Source: an uncultured Peptococcaceae bacterium (lineage in GTDB: Bacteria > Bacillota > Peptococcia > Peptococcales > Peptococcaceae). From it: DNA of 64,000 bases. The notes below the pieces were generated by a model that made no database searches, had not been told where the DNA came from, and was given only the letters and a program-made list of their open reading frames with translations. This document shows, in pieces, positions 26,962 through 34,907 of this stretch. The position numbers and the translations under genes were made by a program. Every line of letters starts with the position of its first letter. The stretch's first letter is position 1. The stretch is taken from assembly GCA_902492275.1 (NCBI GenBank), contig CABUKW010000003.1, positions 6,756 through 70,755 on the forward strand. Reading direction: 5' to 3'.

Positions 26962-27057
26962 TCTGCAATTTTTTATTGCTATAGCTTTAGCAATGAACTG
27001 CAAAAAATTTTGAAAACGTGTTTCTGCAATACATATAGTAAGTAATGCGCATGGCAA

Positions 27058-27321
27058 TCATTTCATAATTTTGCCCAGCATATTCACCAATTCGTCCACC
27101 TTTTCGTCCCGTTCCGCTTGCGTTTGCGCATTGCTGACGCAATGCTTCAAATGTGCAGTGAGAATTTCTTTGTTGATTTTGTTGAGCATGGCTTCGGCAG
27201 CCATGAGCTGCTGCGAGATATCCATGCAATAGCGGTCGTCTTCTACCATTTTTAAAATGCCGTCTAACTGTCCGCGGGCTGTTTTCAATAATTTTGTGAC
27301 GTAAGCTTTATCAGCCATCAT
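27058..27321 (-). CDS. csoR: CsoR-family copper-sensing repressor
   Basis: 87 aa; RGQLDGILKMVEDDRYCMDISQQL...HLKHC (C-H-C ligand pattern). Confidence 0.9.
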   Translation of the reverse strand: MMADKAYVTKLLKTARGQLDGILKMVEDDRYCMDISQQLMAAEAMLNKINKEILTAHLKHCVSNAQTQAERDEKVDELVNMLGKIMK

Positions 27322-27342
27322 AAGTTATCATCTCCAATCACC

Positions 27343-27359
27343 ATACCCCTGGGGGGTGT
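27343..27359. promoter_or_regulatory. CsoR-type operator (GC-rich pseudo-palindrome)
   Basis: ATACCCCTGGGGGGTGT between the -10 box and the csoR start; resembles known TACCC-n-GGGGGTA CsoR boxes. Confidence 0.7.
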
Positions 27360-27371
27360 CTTGCAAGTCCG

Positions 27372-27400
27372 ATTGTAGCACGGTGATTTTATTCTGTCAA
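27372..27400 (-). promoter_or_regulatory. Sigma-A promoter of the csoR operon
   Basis: Minus strand: TTGACA (27400-27395), 17-bp spacer, TACAAT (27377-27372). Confidence 0.65.
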
Positions 27401-27593
27401 GTGCAAAAGGCAAAAATTTTATTGATACCCATGTATTTTTTAGCCAAGACTTATTTTTTCAGCGTGCATTTTTCCTGATGATAAAAAAATTTTCGCGTGT
27501 TAAGATAAATAGGATGACTTGGATTTTTCTTGCTGCATGTGGAATATCATGCTATACTGAAAAAAACAAAGTGATAGAGAGGGGGCGATAAGC

Positions 27594-28034
27594 ATGAGAT
27601 GGGATTTGTCATGGTTGCTGGCGTTAGTGACAGTATTATTTTTTGTTGTTTTGGCATATATGATTTATGCTCATTTAAAAGAATCTGGACAGTGGACCGA
27701 CGAAACTGATGCAGAACATTTGAATTTGCGAACGAAAATAACAGAGGCCACTGTATTGCGTAAACGTAAACGGTGGCGCGAAGGACAATTACCGACACAA
27801 CCTGTTGACCTCACGTATCTGGCCACTTTTGTATTGGAGGATGGCAGTGAAATTGAATTGGTGCTGCCCAGCAAGGAAAAATATTTTTGGCTGACCGAGG
27901 GGCAACATGGTACGCTGCAGTATGACGGTCAGCGATATGTTAGTTTTGGAGACGGCGACAGCGGTATCAAGGGCTTTATTCGAGATTTTCGGGAAGAAAA
28001 TGCTAGAGTAAAGCAACGGTGTGGGCAGCGATAG
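27594..28034 (+). CDS. DUF2500-like membrane-anchored protein
   Basis: 146 aa; N-terminal TM segment, then ATVLRKRKR...TYLATFVLEDGSEIEL...EGQHGTLQYDGQRYVSFG. Confidence 0.6.
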   Translation: MRWDLSWLLALVTVLFFVVLAYMIYAHLKESGQWTDETDAEHLNLRTKITEATVLRKRKRWREGQLPTQPVDLTYLATFVLEDGSEIELVLPSKEKYFWLTEGQHGTLQYDGQRYVSFGDGDSGIKGFIRDFREENARVKQRCGQR

Positions 28035-28185
28035 CTGTTTGTCCATATTTGATAAACGATCCATATCTAGAATAATACAGAAAAATTGCTGCTTCGGGCG
28101 GCAATTTTTATGCATACAATATCTTTTTTATTTGTTTTGGTTGGCAGCGTGCTTGTGTTACAATAGGCTGCGGGAGGGAGAAACT

Positions 28186-28680
28186 ATGACAGCACAATTA
28201 GATAGCTTAATTTATGCCATGATGGAGTATTATCAAGGCGATGCCAAACGAATTCAGCATTTTTTGAAAGTGCATCAGTTGGCGCGGCTCATTGGACACA
28301 AAGAACAGTTAGAGGAACAGCTACAGCTTATTTTGGAAGCGGCGGCGCTGGTGCATGATATCGGCATCAAACCCGCTGAAGAAAAATTCGGCAGGTGCGA
28401 CGGCAAGCTGCAGGAGCAGGAAGGTCCGGCGCCTGCCCGCGCCATGCTGCAGCGTTTGGAGTTCGACAGTGCCGTTATTGACCGCGTTTGTTATCTGGTC
28501 GCCCATCATCACACCTACAGCAACATTGATGGCTTGGATTATCAAATTTTAGTAGAAGCCGATTTTTTAGTCAATCTGTACGAAGACGGCTGTGATAAAG
28601 ACGCAGCCCGTACTGCTTGTGCCAAAGTGTTCCGAACCAAGGCAGGAATTGCGTTATGTATTTGTATGTATAATCTGTAA
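28186..28680 (+). CDS. HD-domain phosphohydrolase
   Basis: ATG at 28186 after GGGAGGGAG; ALVHDIG and VAHHHTYS motifs. The upstream part of the track ORF looks non-coding. Confidence 0.7.
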   Translation: MTAQLDSLIYAMMEYYQGDAKRIQHFLKVHQLARLIGHKEQLEEQLQLILEAAALVHDIGIKPAEEKFGRCDGKLQEQEGPAPARAMLQRLEFDSAVIDRVCYLVAHHHTYSNIDGLDYQILVEADFLVNLYEDGCDKDAARTACAKVFRTKAGIALCICMYNL

Positions 28681-28720
28681 GGAATGTTCCCTTGACAGAA
28701 GCATCGATGAATGCGGCAAA

Positions 28721-28736
28721 TGTTTCACGTGAAACA
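28721..28736. promoter_or_regulatory. parS, perfect 16-mer
   Basis: gcggcaaaTGTTTCACGTGAAACAtttgcaaaaa; between convergent HD-domain and hicB-like genes. Confidence 0.85.
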
Positions 28737-28781
28737 TTTGCAAAAATGAAACCCCATCAGTTTTCAGCTGATGGGGTTTCA

Positions 28782-28991
28782 TCAAGCGTAAAATAATTTT
28801 CCTTTTGCTTCGGGAATAGGGCGGCCTAATGCTTTGGCCGTTTCTAACCATTCCTCCATAATCAATTCCAAGTTAGACAATACCTCTTGTCTGGTTGCGC
28901 CGTCAGCCATACAGCCCAGTAGTTCAGGAACCTCGGCTATAAAGGCGTTATCTTCTTCGCTCCAATAAATGATAATTTCGTATTTAGGCAT
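28782..28991 (-). CDS. hicB: HicB-like type II antitoxin
   Basis: 69 aa; YEIIIYWSEEDNAFIAEVPELLGCMADGATRQEVLSNLE. Confidence 0.75.
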   Translation of the reverse strand: MPKYEIIIYWSEEDNAFIAEVPELLGCMADGATRQEVLSNLELIMEEWLETAKALGRPIPEAKGKLFYA

Positions 28992-29262
28992 GGTATCTAC
29001 CTCCTAATTGATATTTTAGTAAGAGATTCCGAATCTGTTTTACTTGATAGGCTTTTGCTTTGTTTCCTTTCGGCTGTATATTTAAAATTTCAATAATGTC
29101 ACTTCTTGTGAAAACTAGTTTCCTAAATTTATTGATTATATTTACTAATTTATTTTGTTTTATTGTATGGAAAATTATCGGTTCTGTCAACACAGAGCAG
29201 CGCATTGATTGCTGCAGGGCTCTGGAAACTTTTTCTGTTTGCCTTCGTCTATAAAGTAACAA
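28984..29262 (-). CDS. Hypothetical small basic protein overlapping the hicB start (possible non-HicA toxin partner)
   Basis: Up to 92 aa (an internal Met would give about 73 aa); 8-nt overlap with hicB; lacks the HicA GSH motif. Confidence 0.4.
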   Translation of the reverse strand: MLLYRRRQTEKVSRALQQSMRCSVLTEPIIFHTIKQNKLVNIINKFRKLVFTRSDIIEILNIQPKGNKAKAYQVKQIRNLLLKYQLGGRYHA

Positions 29263-29282
29263 ATAGAGAGAGGGTGTTGCAG

Positions 29283-30209
29283 GTGAAACAATTTATTGCA
29301 ATTTTGCTGCTGGTGGTAGTGCTTTTCGCTGTGGCGGTATATTGTCAGACAGTGGACAAAACAGCTATGGAGGAAGTCAGTGAAGCGCTGTCCAAGATTG
29401 GTTACGATGTGGCTGTTACAGAAGAAACGCAGGATTTTCTGCATGGCCAACGGCATCGTCTGGTGCTGGAGCCTGGGGAAGGGCGTGCGGTGACTGTGTA
29501 TGTTTACAAAAATGCGGATGAGGCCAAAAAAGAGGCTGGCTATATCACCGCTGACGGTTTTGGTTTGGATTATATCGATAAGCTGGGGAATGGTCAGGGT
29601 GTACGGGTAGAATGGATTGCTGCACCCCACTTTTTTCTGTATCAAAACGTGATTGTGCAATATATCGGCACTGATGAAAATATTTTGGCGGCGCTGCAAA
29701 ATTTGTGCGGCGAACAAATTGCCGGTTCGCCTTTCCGGCAGGATACGCCATCTTGTACCACATTGGAGCCGTGGATGTCGCAGCCGGCGCCTGATGCACC
29801 GGAGGTATTTTTGGAGGTGCTGCCTGATTCGGTGCGCAGCGATAGTTTAACGATGCGGTTGGTCAATAACAGTAATCTGAGCAGTGACAGTGTGGACGTG
29901 GAATATGGCGAAGCATTTTCTCTGCTGCAAAAAATGACGATGATTTCCTGCGGCGTTTCAAAGGCTGATGAAAATCAAGCGGTCAGTGAAACGATCGTGA
30001 CCTGGGAACCGGTTGCTGTGGATTGGGCTTTTGATGATTTAGCCTACTCTTTGCCGGTTGGCGCGCAAGTGGAGCTGCAGGTTGCCTTGCCGGATTTAGC
30101 GCCGGGGGAATATCGCATCACCAAAAATATTCTTTATCAGCAAAATGGAGAGAGCGATTACGCTAGTTTTGAAGTATATGCTGATTTTGCGGTGTCTGAT
30201 AAGAAATAA
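29283..30209 (+). CDS. Hypothetical secreted/anchored protein
   Basis: GTG at 29283 after GAGAGGG gives VKQFIAILLLVVVLFAVAVYC, a signal anchor; beta-rich C-terminal domain. Confidence 0.55.
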   Translation: MKQFIAILLLVVVLFAVAVYCQTVDKTAMEEVSEALSKIGYDVAVTEETQDFLHGQRHRLVLEPGEGRAVTVYVYKNADEAKKEAGYITADGFGLDYIDKLGNGQGVRVEWIAAPHFFLYQNVIVQYIGTDENILAALQNLCGEQIAGSPFRQDTPSCTTLEPWMSQPAPDAPEVFLEVLPDSVRSDSLTMRLVNNSNLSSDSVDVEYGEAFSLLQKMTMISCGVSKADENQAVSETIVTWEPVAVDWAFDDLAYSLPVGAQVELQVALPDLAPGEYRITKNILYQQNGESDYASFEVYADFAVSDKK

Positions 30210-30742
30210 TGCTGTTCTTTTGGCGCAGGTGTGATACAATAAACGGTAGAGTACTGTTATCGTTGTTGAAAAAAAGGGAGAGGATTGCGATTAGTATCTA
30301 TCAGTTTATTGCCAGTGAATATGAATTACCTGCATTATTAAGCCCGAAGCTCCATCATCCAGATGGGCGGGACAAAAAATTTGAATCCATAGAGGACTTG
30401 GGCGATTTGGAAATCGTGCGGGAAATGATTGGATATTTGTTCGTGGACATTACCGCCTACACCAAACTGCCGTATATTTACCGGTTGAATTTAGATTACA
30501 CGCCGGAGCGGGGACAGCGTTTATGGGAATATCTTAAGACCAACTGTCAAAGCGGCAAGCGCTGTGAATTGTGGAATATTGATATGGGCGCCCGCGATTT
30601 AGAAACTATTCAAGAAGAATTGCTGCATTTGGACCGCACTTATGTGACGGTGGAAGCATTGTCACCGGAGATAATAGAAGCAGCTTGCAATCATGTACAG
30701 TCGGAGGCGGCTGATTTTCCGCGAATGTTGATTATTCAATGA
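30209..30742 (+). CDS. Hypothetical protein (start uncertain)
   Basis: Track ORF of 177 aa; the likely true start is further in, near GGGAGAGG at about 30275; no family recognised. Confidence 0.45.
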   Translation: MLFFWRRCDTINGRVLLSLLKKRERIAISIYQFIASEYELPALLSPKLHHPDGRDKKFESIEDLGDLEIVREMIGYLFVDITAYTKLPYIYRLNLDYTPERGQRLWEYLKTNCQSGKRCELWNIDMGARDLETIQEELLHLDRTYVTVEALSPEIIEAACNHVQSEAADFPRMLIIQ

Positions 30743-30796
30743 AGCAATCTCAGTTGGTTCTGTTATTGCTATTGGAATTAGAAGGGAGAATGTTTC

Positions 30797-31012
30797 ATGG
30801 CTAATTTGAGCCCTTTTTGTACTTGCAAAAATATGGATTGCCCGTTGCATCCTACCAAACATGAAAACGGCTGCGCGCCCTGCATTGTTAAAAATTTGCG
30901 CTTGAAGGAGATGCCAAACTGTTTTTTCAATCAGGTGGACGGTGCGGAACAGCGGCAAGGTGATGCATTTCAAGATTTTGCTAAATTGGTTTTGCAAAAT
31001 GAAAAGAAATAA
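30797..31012 (+). CDS. Small Cys-rich protein (DUF6485-like)
   Basis: 71 aa; CTCKNMDCPLHPTKHENGCAPCIVKNL...MPNCFF. Confidence 0.6.
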   Translation: MANLSPFCTCKNMDCPLHPTKHENGCAPCIVKNLRLKEMPNCFFNQVDGAEQRQGDAFQDFAKLVLQNEKK

Positions 31013-31038
31013 GTTTTCGGTAACGACTGAAAAATTTT

Positions 31039-31067
31039 ACTGCTGTGCATAGCACGGCAGTTTTTTT
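31039..31067 (+). terminator. Intrinsic terminator
   Basis: actgctgtgc-ata-gcacggcagt followed by ttttttt. Confidence 0.8.
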
Positions 31068-31169
31068 ATTTGTGAAGAGGCAGTCAGGAAGATTCTTTAT
31101 TTATTGCGGACAAGGCTGACCGTTTGTGCTACAATAATTTTCAGGATTATGGACATGCTAAGAGAAAAA

Positions 31170-31185
31170 TGTTTCACGTGAAACA
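31170..31185. promoter_or_regulatory. parS, perfect 16-mer
   Basis: agaaaaaTGTTTCACGTGAAACAtttgcaattt; 20 nt before the rarD-like start. Confidence 0.85.
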
Positions 31186-31205
31186 TTTGCAATTTGGGGG
31201 AGGGC

Positions 31206-32093
31206 ATGAATGTTATGAATTCGTCAGCGGTGTATGTGCTGCTCTGTTATATTTTGTGGGGATTGCTGCCGATTTATTGGAAACAACTCAGCGCAGTCAA
31301 TTCGCTTTACATTTTGGCCAGTCGGATTACCTTTTCTATGATTTTTTGCGGATTGCTATTGCTGCTGTGTAAGCAATGGCCGCAGGTGCGGGCGCTGCGT
31401 CATGATAAACGGCAATGCAGGCTGCTGGCTTGGGGCAGTATTTTAATCACAATCAACTGGGGATCTTATATTTTTGCGGTCAACAGCGGTCATATTTTAG
31501 ATGCCAGTTTGGCCTACTATCTCAATCCGATTATGGTGATTTTGCTGGGCGCTGTCTTTTTTGGCGAGCGCTTGCGCAAATGGCAGACGGTAGCTGTGGT
31601 GCTGTCTGCTGTCGGCGTGCTGTGTTCTGTTTTCTCTTATGGTAAAGTACCGGTATTTGCGCTGATTATCGGCGGCAGCTTTGCTATTTATGGCGCGGTG
31701 AAAAAACAGGTGAACGTGGGCAGCATGGTGTCTACGTTTATGGAAACGGCAATGGTGTTTCCGCTGTTTTTGTTGGTTATGGTTGTGATGGAAAGTCAGG
31801 GCAATGGCTGTATCGGTCAGCTTTCCGGCTGGCAATACGGATTGATTCCGCTGGCGGGAGTGGTGACATCGGTGCCGCTGTTGGTATATGCAAAAGGAAT
31901 CCAGCATACATCGCTGGCGTTGTCAGGCATTTTGATGTACGTAAACCCCACGCTGCAGTTACTCATCGGCGTATTTCTGTATCATGAACCCTTTACCCAA
32001 GCGCAGGCGGTGACGTTTTTGTTTGTGTGGGCGGCGGTGATTATTTTTATCATCGACAGCCTGCGGGGGCGGACGGGTTCTTCTCGTCAATAA
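31206..32093 (+). CDS. rarD: EamA/RarD-family transporter
   Basis: About 295 aa, 10 TM segments; VLLCYILWGLLPIYWK, a RarD-like N-terminus; ATG after GGGGGAGGG. Confidence 0.75.
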   Translation: MNVMNSSAVYVLLCYILWGLLPIYWKQLSAVNSLYILASRITFSMIFCGLLLLLCKQWPQVRALRHDKRQCRLLAWGSILITINWGSYIFAVNSGHILDASLAYYLNPIMVILLGAVFFGERLRKWQTVAVVLSAVGVLCSVFSYGKVPVFALIIGGSFAIYGAVKKQVNVGSMVSTFMETAMVFPLFLLVMVVMESQGNGCIGQLSGWQYGLIPLAGVVTSVPLLVYAKGIQHTSLALSGILMYVNPTLQLLIGVFLYHEPFTQAQAVTFLFVWAAVIIFIIDSLRGRTGSSRQ

Positions 32094-32167
32094 GTACACT
32101 GCAAAAAATTTTTCCTTCTTCGCAAGGTTTATCATTGACTGGAGAAAAGCTGCAAAAAAATTGCAAA

Positions 32168-32183
32168 TGTTTCACGTGAAACA
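32168..32183. promoter_or_regulatory. parS, perfect 16-mer (last of the array)
   Basis: Core of a perfect 42-bp palindrome (32155-32196): aaaaaattgcaaa-core-tttgcaatttttt. Confidence 0.85.
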
Positions 32184-32377
32184 TTTGCAATTTTTTATTG
32201 TAGGATTTTTCAGGAGCGTTAGAGATTTTTTCCGTCTAACATCATTGATTAGTGTACAATGCAGTTTTTCGCTCTTGCCAAAATGAAAAAAACTGCGTAT
32301 ACTGAAAAGGAATGCAACGGCAAAGAAGCTATGGTGATAGGTAGCTGTTGCGATTTACGGAGAAGGTTGGAGCAATT

Positions 32378-33571
32378 ATGAGAAGCAGAAATTATATCAC
32401 AACCTATAGCGGACATTGTTTTTCACCGCTAGAGCCTGACATAGAGGCTATTGATTTGAAAGATATTGCTCATGCATTAGCGCGGATTGGTCGGGCGAAC
32501 GGGCACTTTGTGGATTTTTATTCGGTGGGTCAGCATTGTTTGGATTGTGCGCAGGAAGCGCTGGCGCGTGGTTACAGTGCGCGGCAGGCTCTGGTCTGCT
32601 TGCTGCATGATGCCAGCGAGGCATATATGTCCGATATTACATCGCCGGTCAAAAAATATTTGCGGCAGTATGTAGCGGTGGAAGATCAGCTGTTGGATGT
32701 GATTTATCAAAAATATTTGCCCGGCGGCATCCGTCCCCGGGAACAGCGTGTGATGAAAGAGATTGACAACGCTATGCTGTATCATGAATTTGTACATTTT
32801 ATGGGACAGCGGTTGGCAGAGGAAGAACCAGTACTAGCCAGCGAGCCTTGCTTTAGTTTCACCAGTTTTTGGGCAGTGGAGAAGCAATATTTGTATTTGT
32901 TTGATTTATTGACGCAGCAAATGGCGCAGGAGGAACCGCAGCGCAACTGGCAGACAGTAGGTATCACTGCTGGCGGCGAGCGGTGGCAGGCGGCGGTGCT
33001 GTCCGATGCAGGCTGTAGTTTTCAGGCGGCTGATAGTTTGTGGAAACTTTGCAGCGCATATCAAGACGCCGATGCTGTGTTGATTGATTTGCCTGTAGGG
33101 TTGCCCGAATCGGTTGAAGATGAAAAGCTGCGGCCCGAATATGTGCTGCGCAAACAATTTCAGATTCATGCGGCGGCAGTACCTTGCCGACAGGCGGTAT
33201 ATGCTGCTGATGAGCAATTAGCCCGCGAGGAAAACATTCGTGTGTTGGGTCGTACCCTTTCGCCGCAGCAATTAGCCATGCGGCGGCAGCTACGGGAACT
33301 GGATGAACTGTTGGCAGAGCATAATGAGTGGAAAAATGTATTGCGGCAAAGTCATCCGCAATTATTAGGCGCCAGTCGTCGTCTGATTTTGCAGCAATAT
33401 GGCAGTCAACTGCCGCAGGGCAATGGGAAGCGCTGCTGGGAAGATGCGTTGTGTCTGGCGGTGATTGGTCAGATGGAATGCAGAGGCGACAGTATTACGT
33501 TGCCGGAAACGGCGGGCACTGATGCCCGCGGGATTGGTATGCAGGTGGTAGCGCCGCGGCAGGCTCGTTAA
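32378..33571 (+). CDS. Fusion protein: YfbR-like HD 5'-nucleotidase domain plus DUF429-like domain
   Basis: N-terminus DIAHALARIGRANGH...YSVGQHC...LLHDASEAYMSDITSPVKK; C-terminus DAVLIDLPVGLPE... resembles DUF429. Confidence 0.55.
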   Translation: MRSRNYITTYSGHCFSPLEPDIEAIDLKDIAHALARIGRANGHFVDFYSVGQHCLDCAQEALARGYSARQALVCLLHDASEAYMSDITSPVKKYLRQYVAVEDQLLDVIYQKYLPGGIRPREQRVMKEIDNAMLYHEFVHFMGQRLAEEEPVLASEPCFSFTSFWAVEKQYLYLFDLLTQQMAQEEPQRNWQTVGITAGGERWQAAVLSDAGCSFQAADSLWKLCSAYQDADAVLIDLPVGLPESVEDEKLRPEYVLRKQFQIHAAAVPCRQAVYAADEQLAREENIRVLGRTLSPQQLAMRRQLRELDELLAEHNEWKNVLRQSHPQLLGASRRLILQQYGSQLPQGNGKRCWEDALCLAVIGQMECRGDSITLPETAGTDARGIGMQVVAPRQAR

Positions 33572-33610
33572 TTGGCCGTTGGTGCGATAAAACAAACAGT
33601 AAGCAAACTG

Positions 33611-33637
33611 GGGTGGCCATGGGTCACCCTATTTTTT
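33611..33637 (+). terminator. Intrinsic terminator
   Basis: gggtggcc-atg-ggtcaccc followed by tatttttt. Confidence 0.65.
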
Positions 33638-33651
33638 AAGAGGTGATTAGC

Positions 33652-34557
33652 ATGAAAAAGGTTGCGTTAATTGGTTTGGGTGCGATGGGCGTATTGTATA
33701 GTGATTTATTGTATAGCGCTTTGCAGGATGATTTTTTTGTGATTGCTGATGAAAAACGAATTGCCCGCTATGAAACGGAGGGCGTGTATTGCAATGGTAC
33801 ACGCTGTCAGTTCCCTTATCGCAGTGCCGCTGAGGCAGAGCCGGTAGATTTGCTTTTAGTGGGCGTGAAATTTGGCGGTTTGCAGGCAGCTATCACAGAG
33901 GCTGCGCCATTTGTGCAGCAGGGTACTGTTGTGATTTCGCTGTTGAATGGAATTTCCAGTGAGAAAATTTTGCAGCAAGCGTTTCCGCAGGCCCATGCGT
34001 TGTATTGTATTGCGCAAGGTATGGATGCGGTGAAAGACGGCAATCAAGCCAGCTATCTGCATAAAGGCGTGTTGGTGTTGGGAGAAGCAGACGGCAGTCG
34101 CAGCGAAGCATTGCAGGCAGTAGGACAGTTATTTGATAAAGCGAAAATTCCTTATACGGTTTCTGACACAATTATCCGTAAATTATGGAGCAAATTGATG
34201 TTGAACACAGGTATCAATCAGGTAGTCATGGTGCAGGAAGGTACTTATGCCACTGTGCAGCAGCCGGGTGTGGCGCGGGATAGGATGATTGCCGCTATGC
34301 GAGAGGTGATGCAGGTAGCCAATGCAGAGGGCATCGATTTAAACGAAGGAGATGTACAGGGCTGGTTGCAAATTGCTGATGGTTTAAATCCAGATGGTAT
34401 GCCTTCCATGCGGCAGGATGGTTTGGCAAAACGATATTCGGAAGTCGAATTGTTTTCCGGCACCGTTATTCCGTTAGCGCAAAAGCATCATCTTGCGGTG
34501 CCGACATGTGCCATGCTGTATCAGCAAATTAAAGAGATAGAAGCAGAATATAAATAA
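33652..34557 (+). CDS. panE: 2-dehydropantoate 2-reductase (ketopantoate reductase family)
   Basis: MKKVALIGLGAMG...; LLVGVK, NGI, and KLWSKLMLNTGINQ motifs. Confidence 0.75.
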   Translation: MKKVALIGLGAMGVLYSDLLYSALQDDFFVIADEKRIARYETEGVYCNGTRCQFPYRSAAEAEPVDLLLVGVKFGGLQAAITEAAPFVQQGTVVISLLNGISSEKILQQAFPQAHALYCIAQGMDAVKDGNQASYLHKGVLVLGEADGSRSEALQAVGQLFDKAKIPYTVSDTIIRKLWSKLMLNTGINQVVMVQEGTYATVQQPGVARDRMIAAMREVMQVANAEGIDLNEGDVQGWLQIADGLNPDGMPSMRQDGLAKRYSEVELFSGTVIPLAQKHHLAVPTCAMLYQQIKEIEAEYK

Positions 34558-34565
34558 TGGTACAG

Positions 34566-34581
34566 TATTTCCCGGAAAATA
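34566..34581. promoter_or_regulatory. Noc-binding-site-like motif (15/16)
   Basis: TATTTCCCGGAAAATA; the 21-mer is identical to 13617-13637. Confidence 0.4.
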
Positions 34582-34626
34582 ATTGTTGAGGAAAAATATA
34601 ATTTGCAAAATAAAATCGTCTTGCAA

Positions 34627-34642
34627 TATTTTCTGGGAAATA
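34627..34642. promoter_or_regulatory. Noc-binding-site-like motif, inverted copy (14/16)
   Basis: tattttctgggaaata, which is the reverse complement of TATTTCCCAGAAAATA; starts 61 nt after the start of the 34566 copy. Confidence 0.3.
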
Positions 34643-34907
34643 GTTTTAAGTGAAGTCAAGAAATGAAAGTTACATGAATTTACTAAATGTCAATCGATAA
34701 ATGTTAAATGGGTGCCGATTTGCGGCAGCCATTTTTTGTTACGTATTTTTGAGTATTTTGGTAATGACATGAAATGTGTATTTGCATTATATAGATTTAT
34801 ATTGATAAAGACAAGTTTTAAGAAGTTGTTATTTTTTACAACTTCTATTATAATAGTTGTAAAAAAACGATATAAGTAATGAAGAGAAGGAATGGAGATG
34901 ATGTTTA

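Noticed and set aside
4012-32183. The repeated palindromes might have been a CRISPR array.
   Set aside because: Spacing is irregular (0.4-10 kb) with whole genes between copies. The repeat is a perfect parS palindrome, and no cas genes are present.
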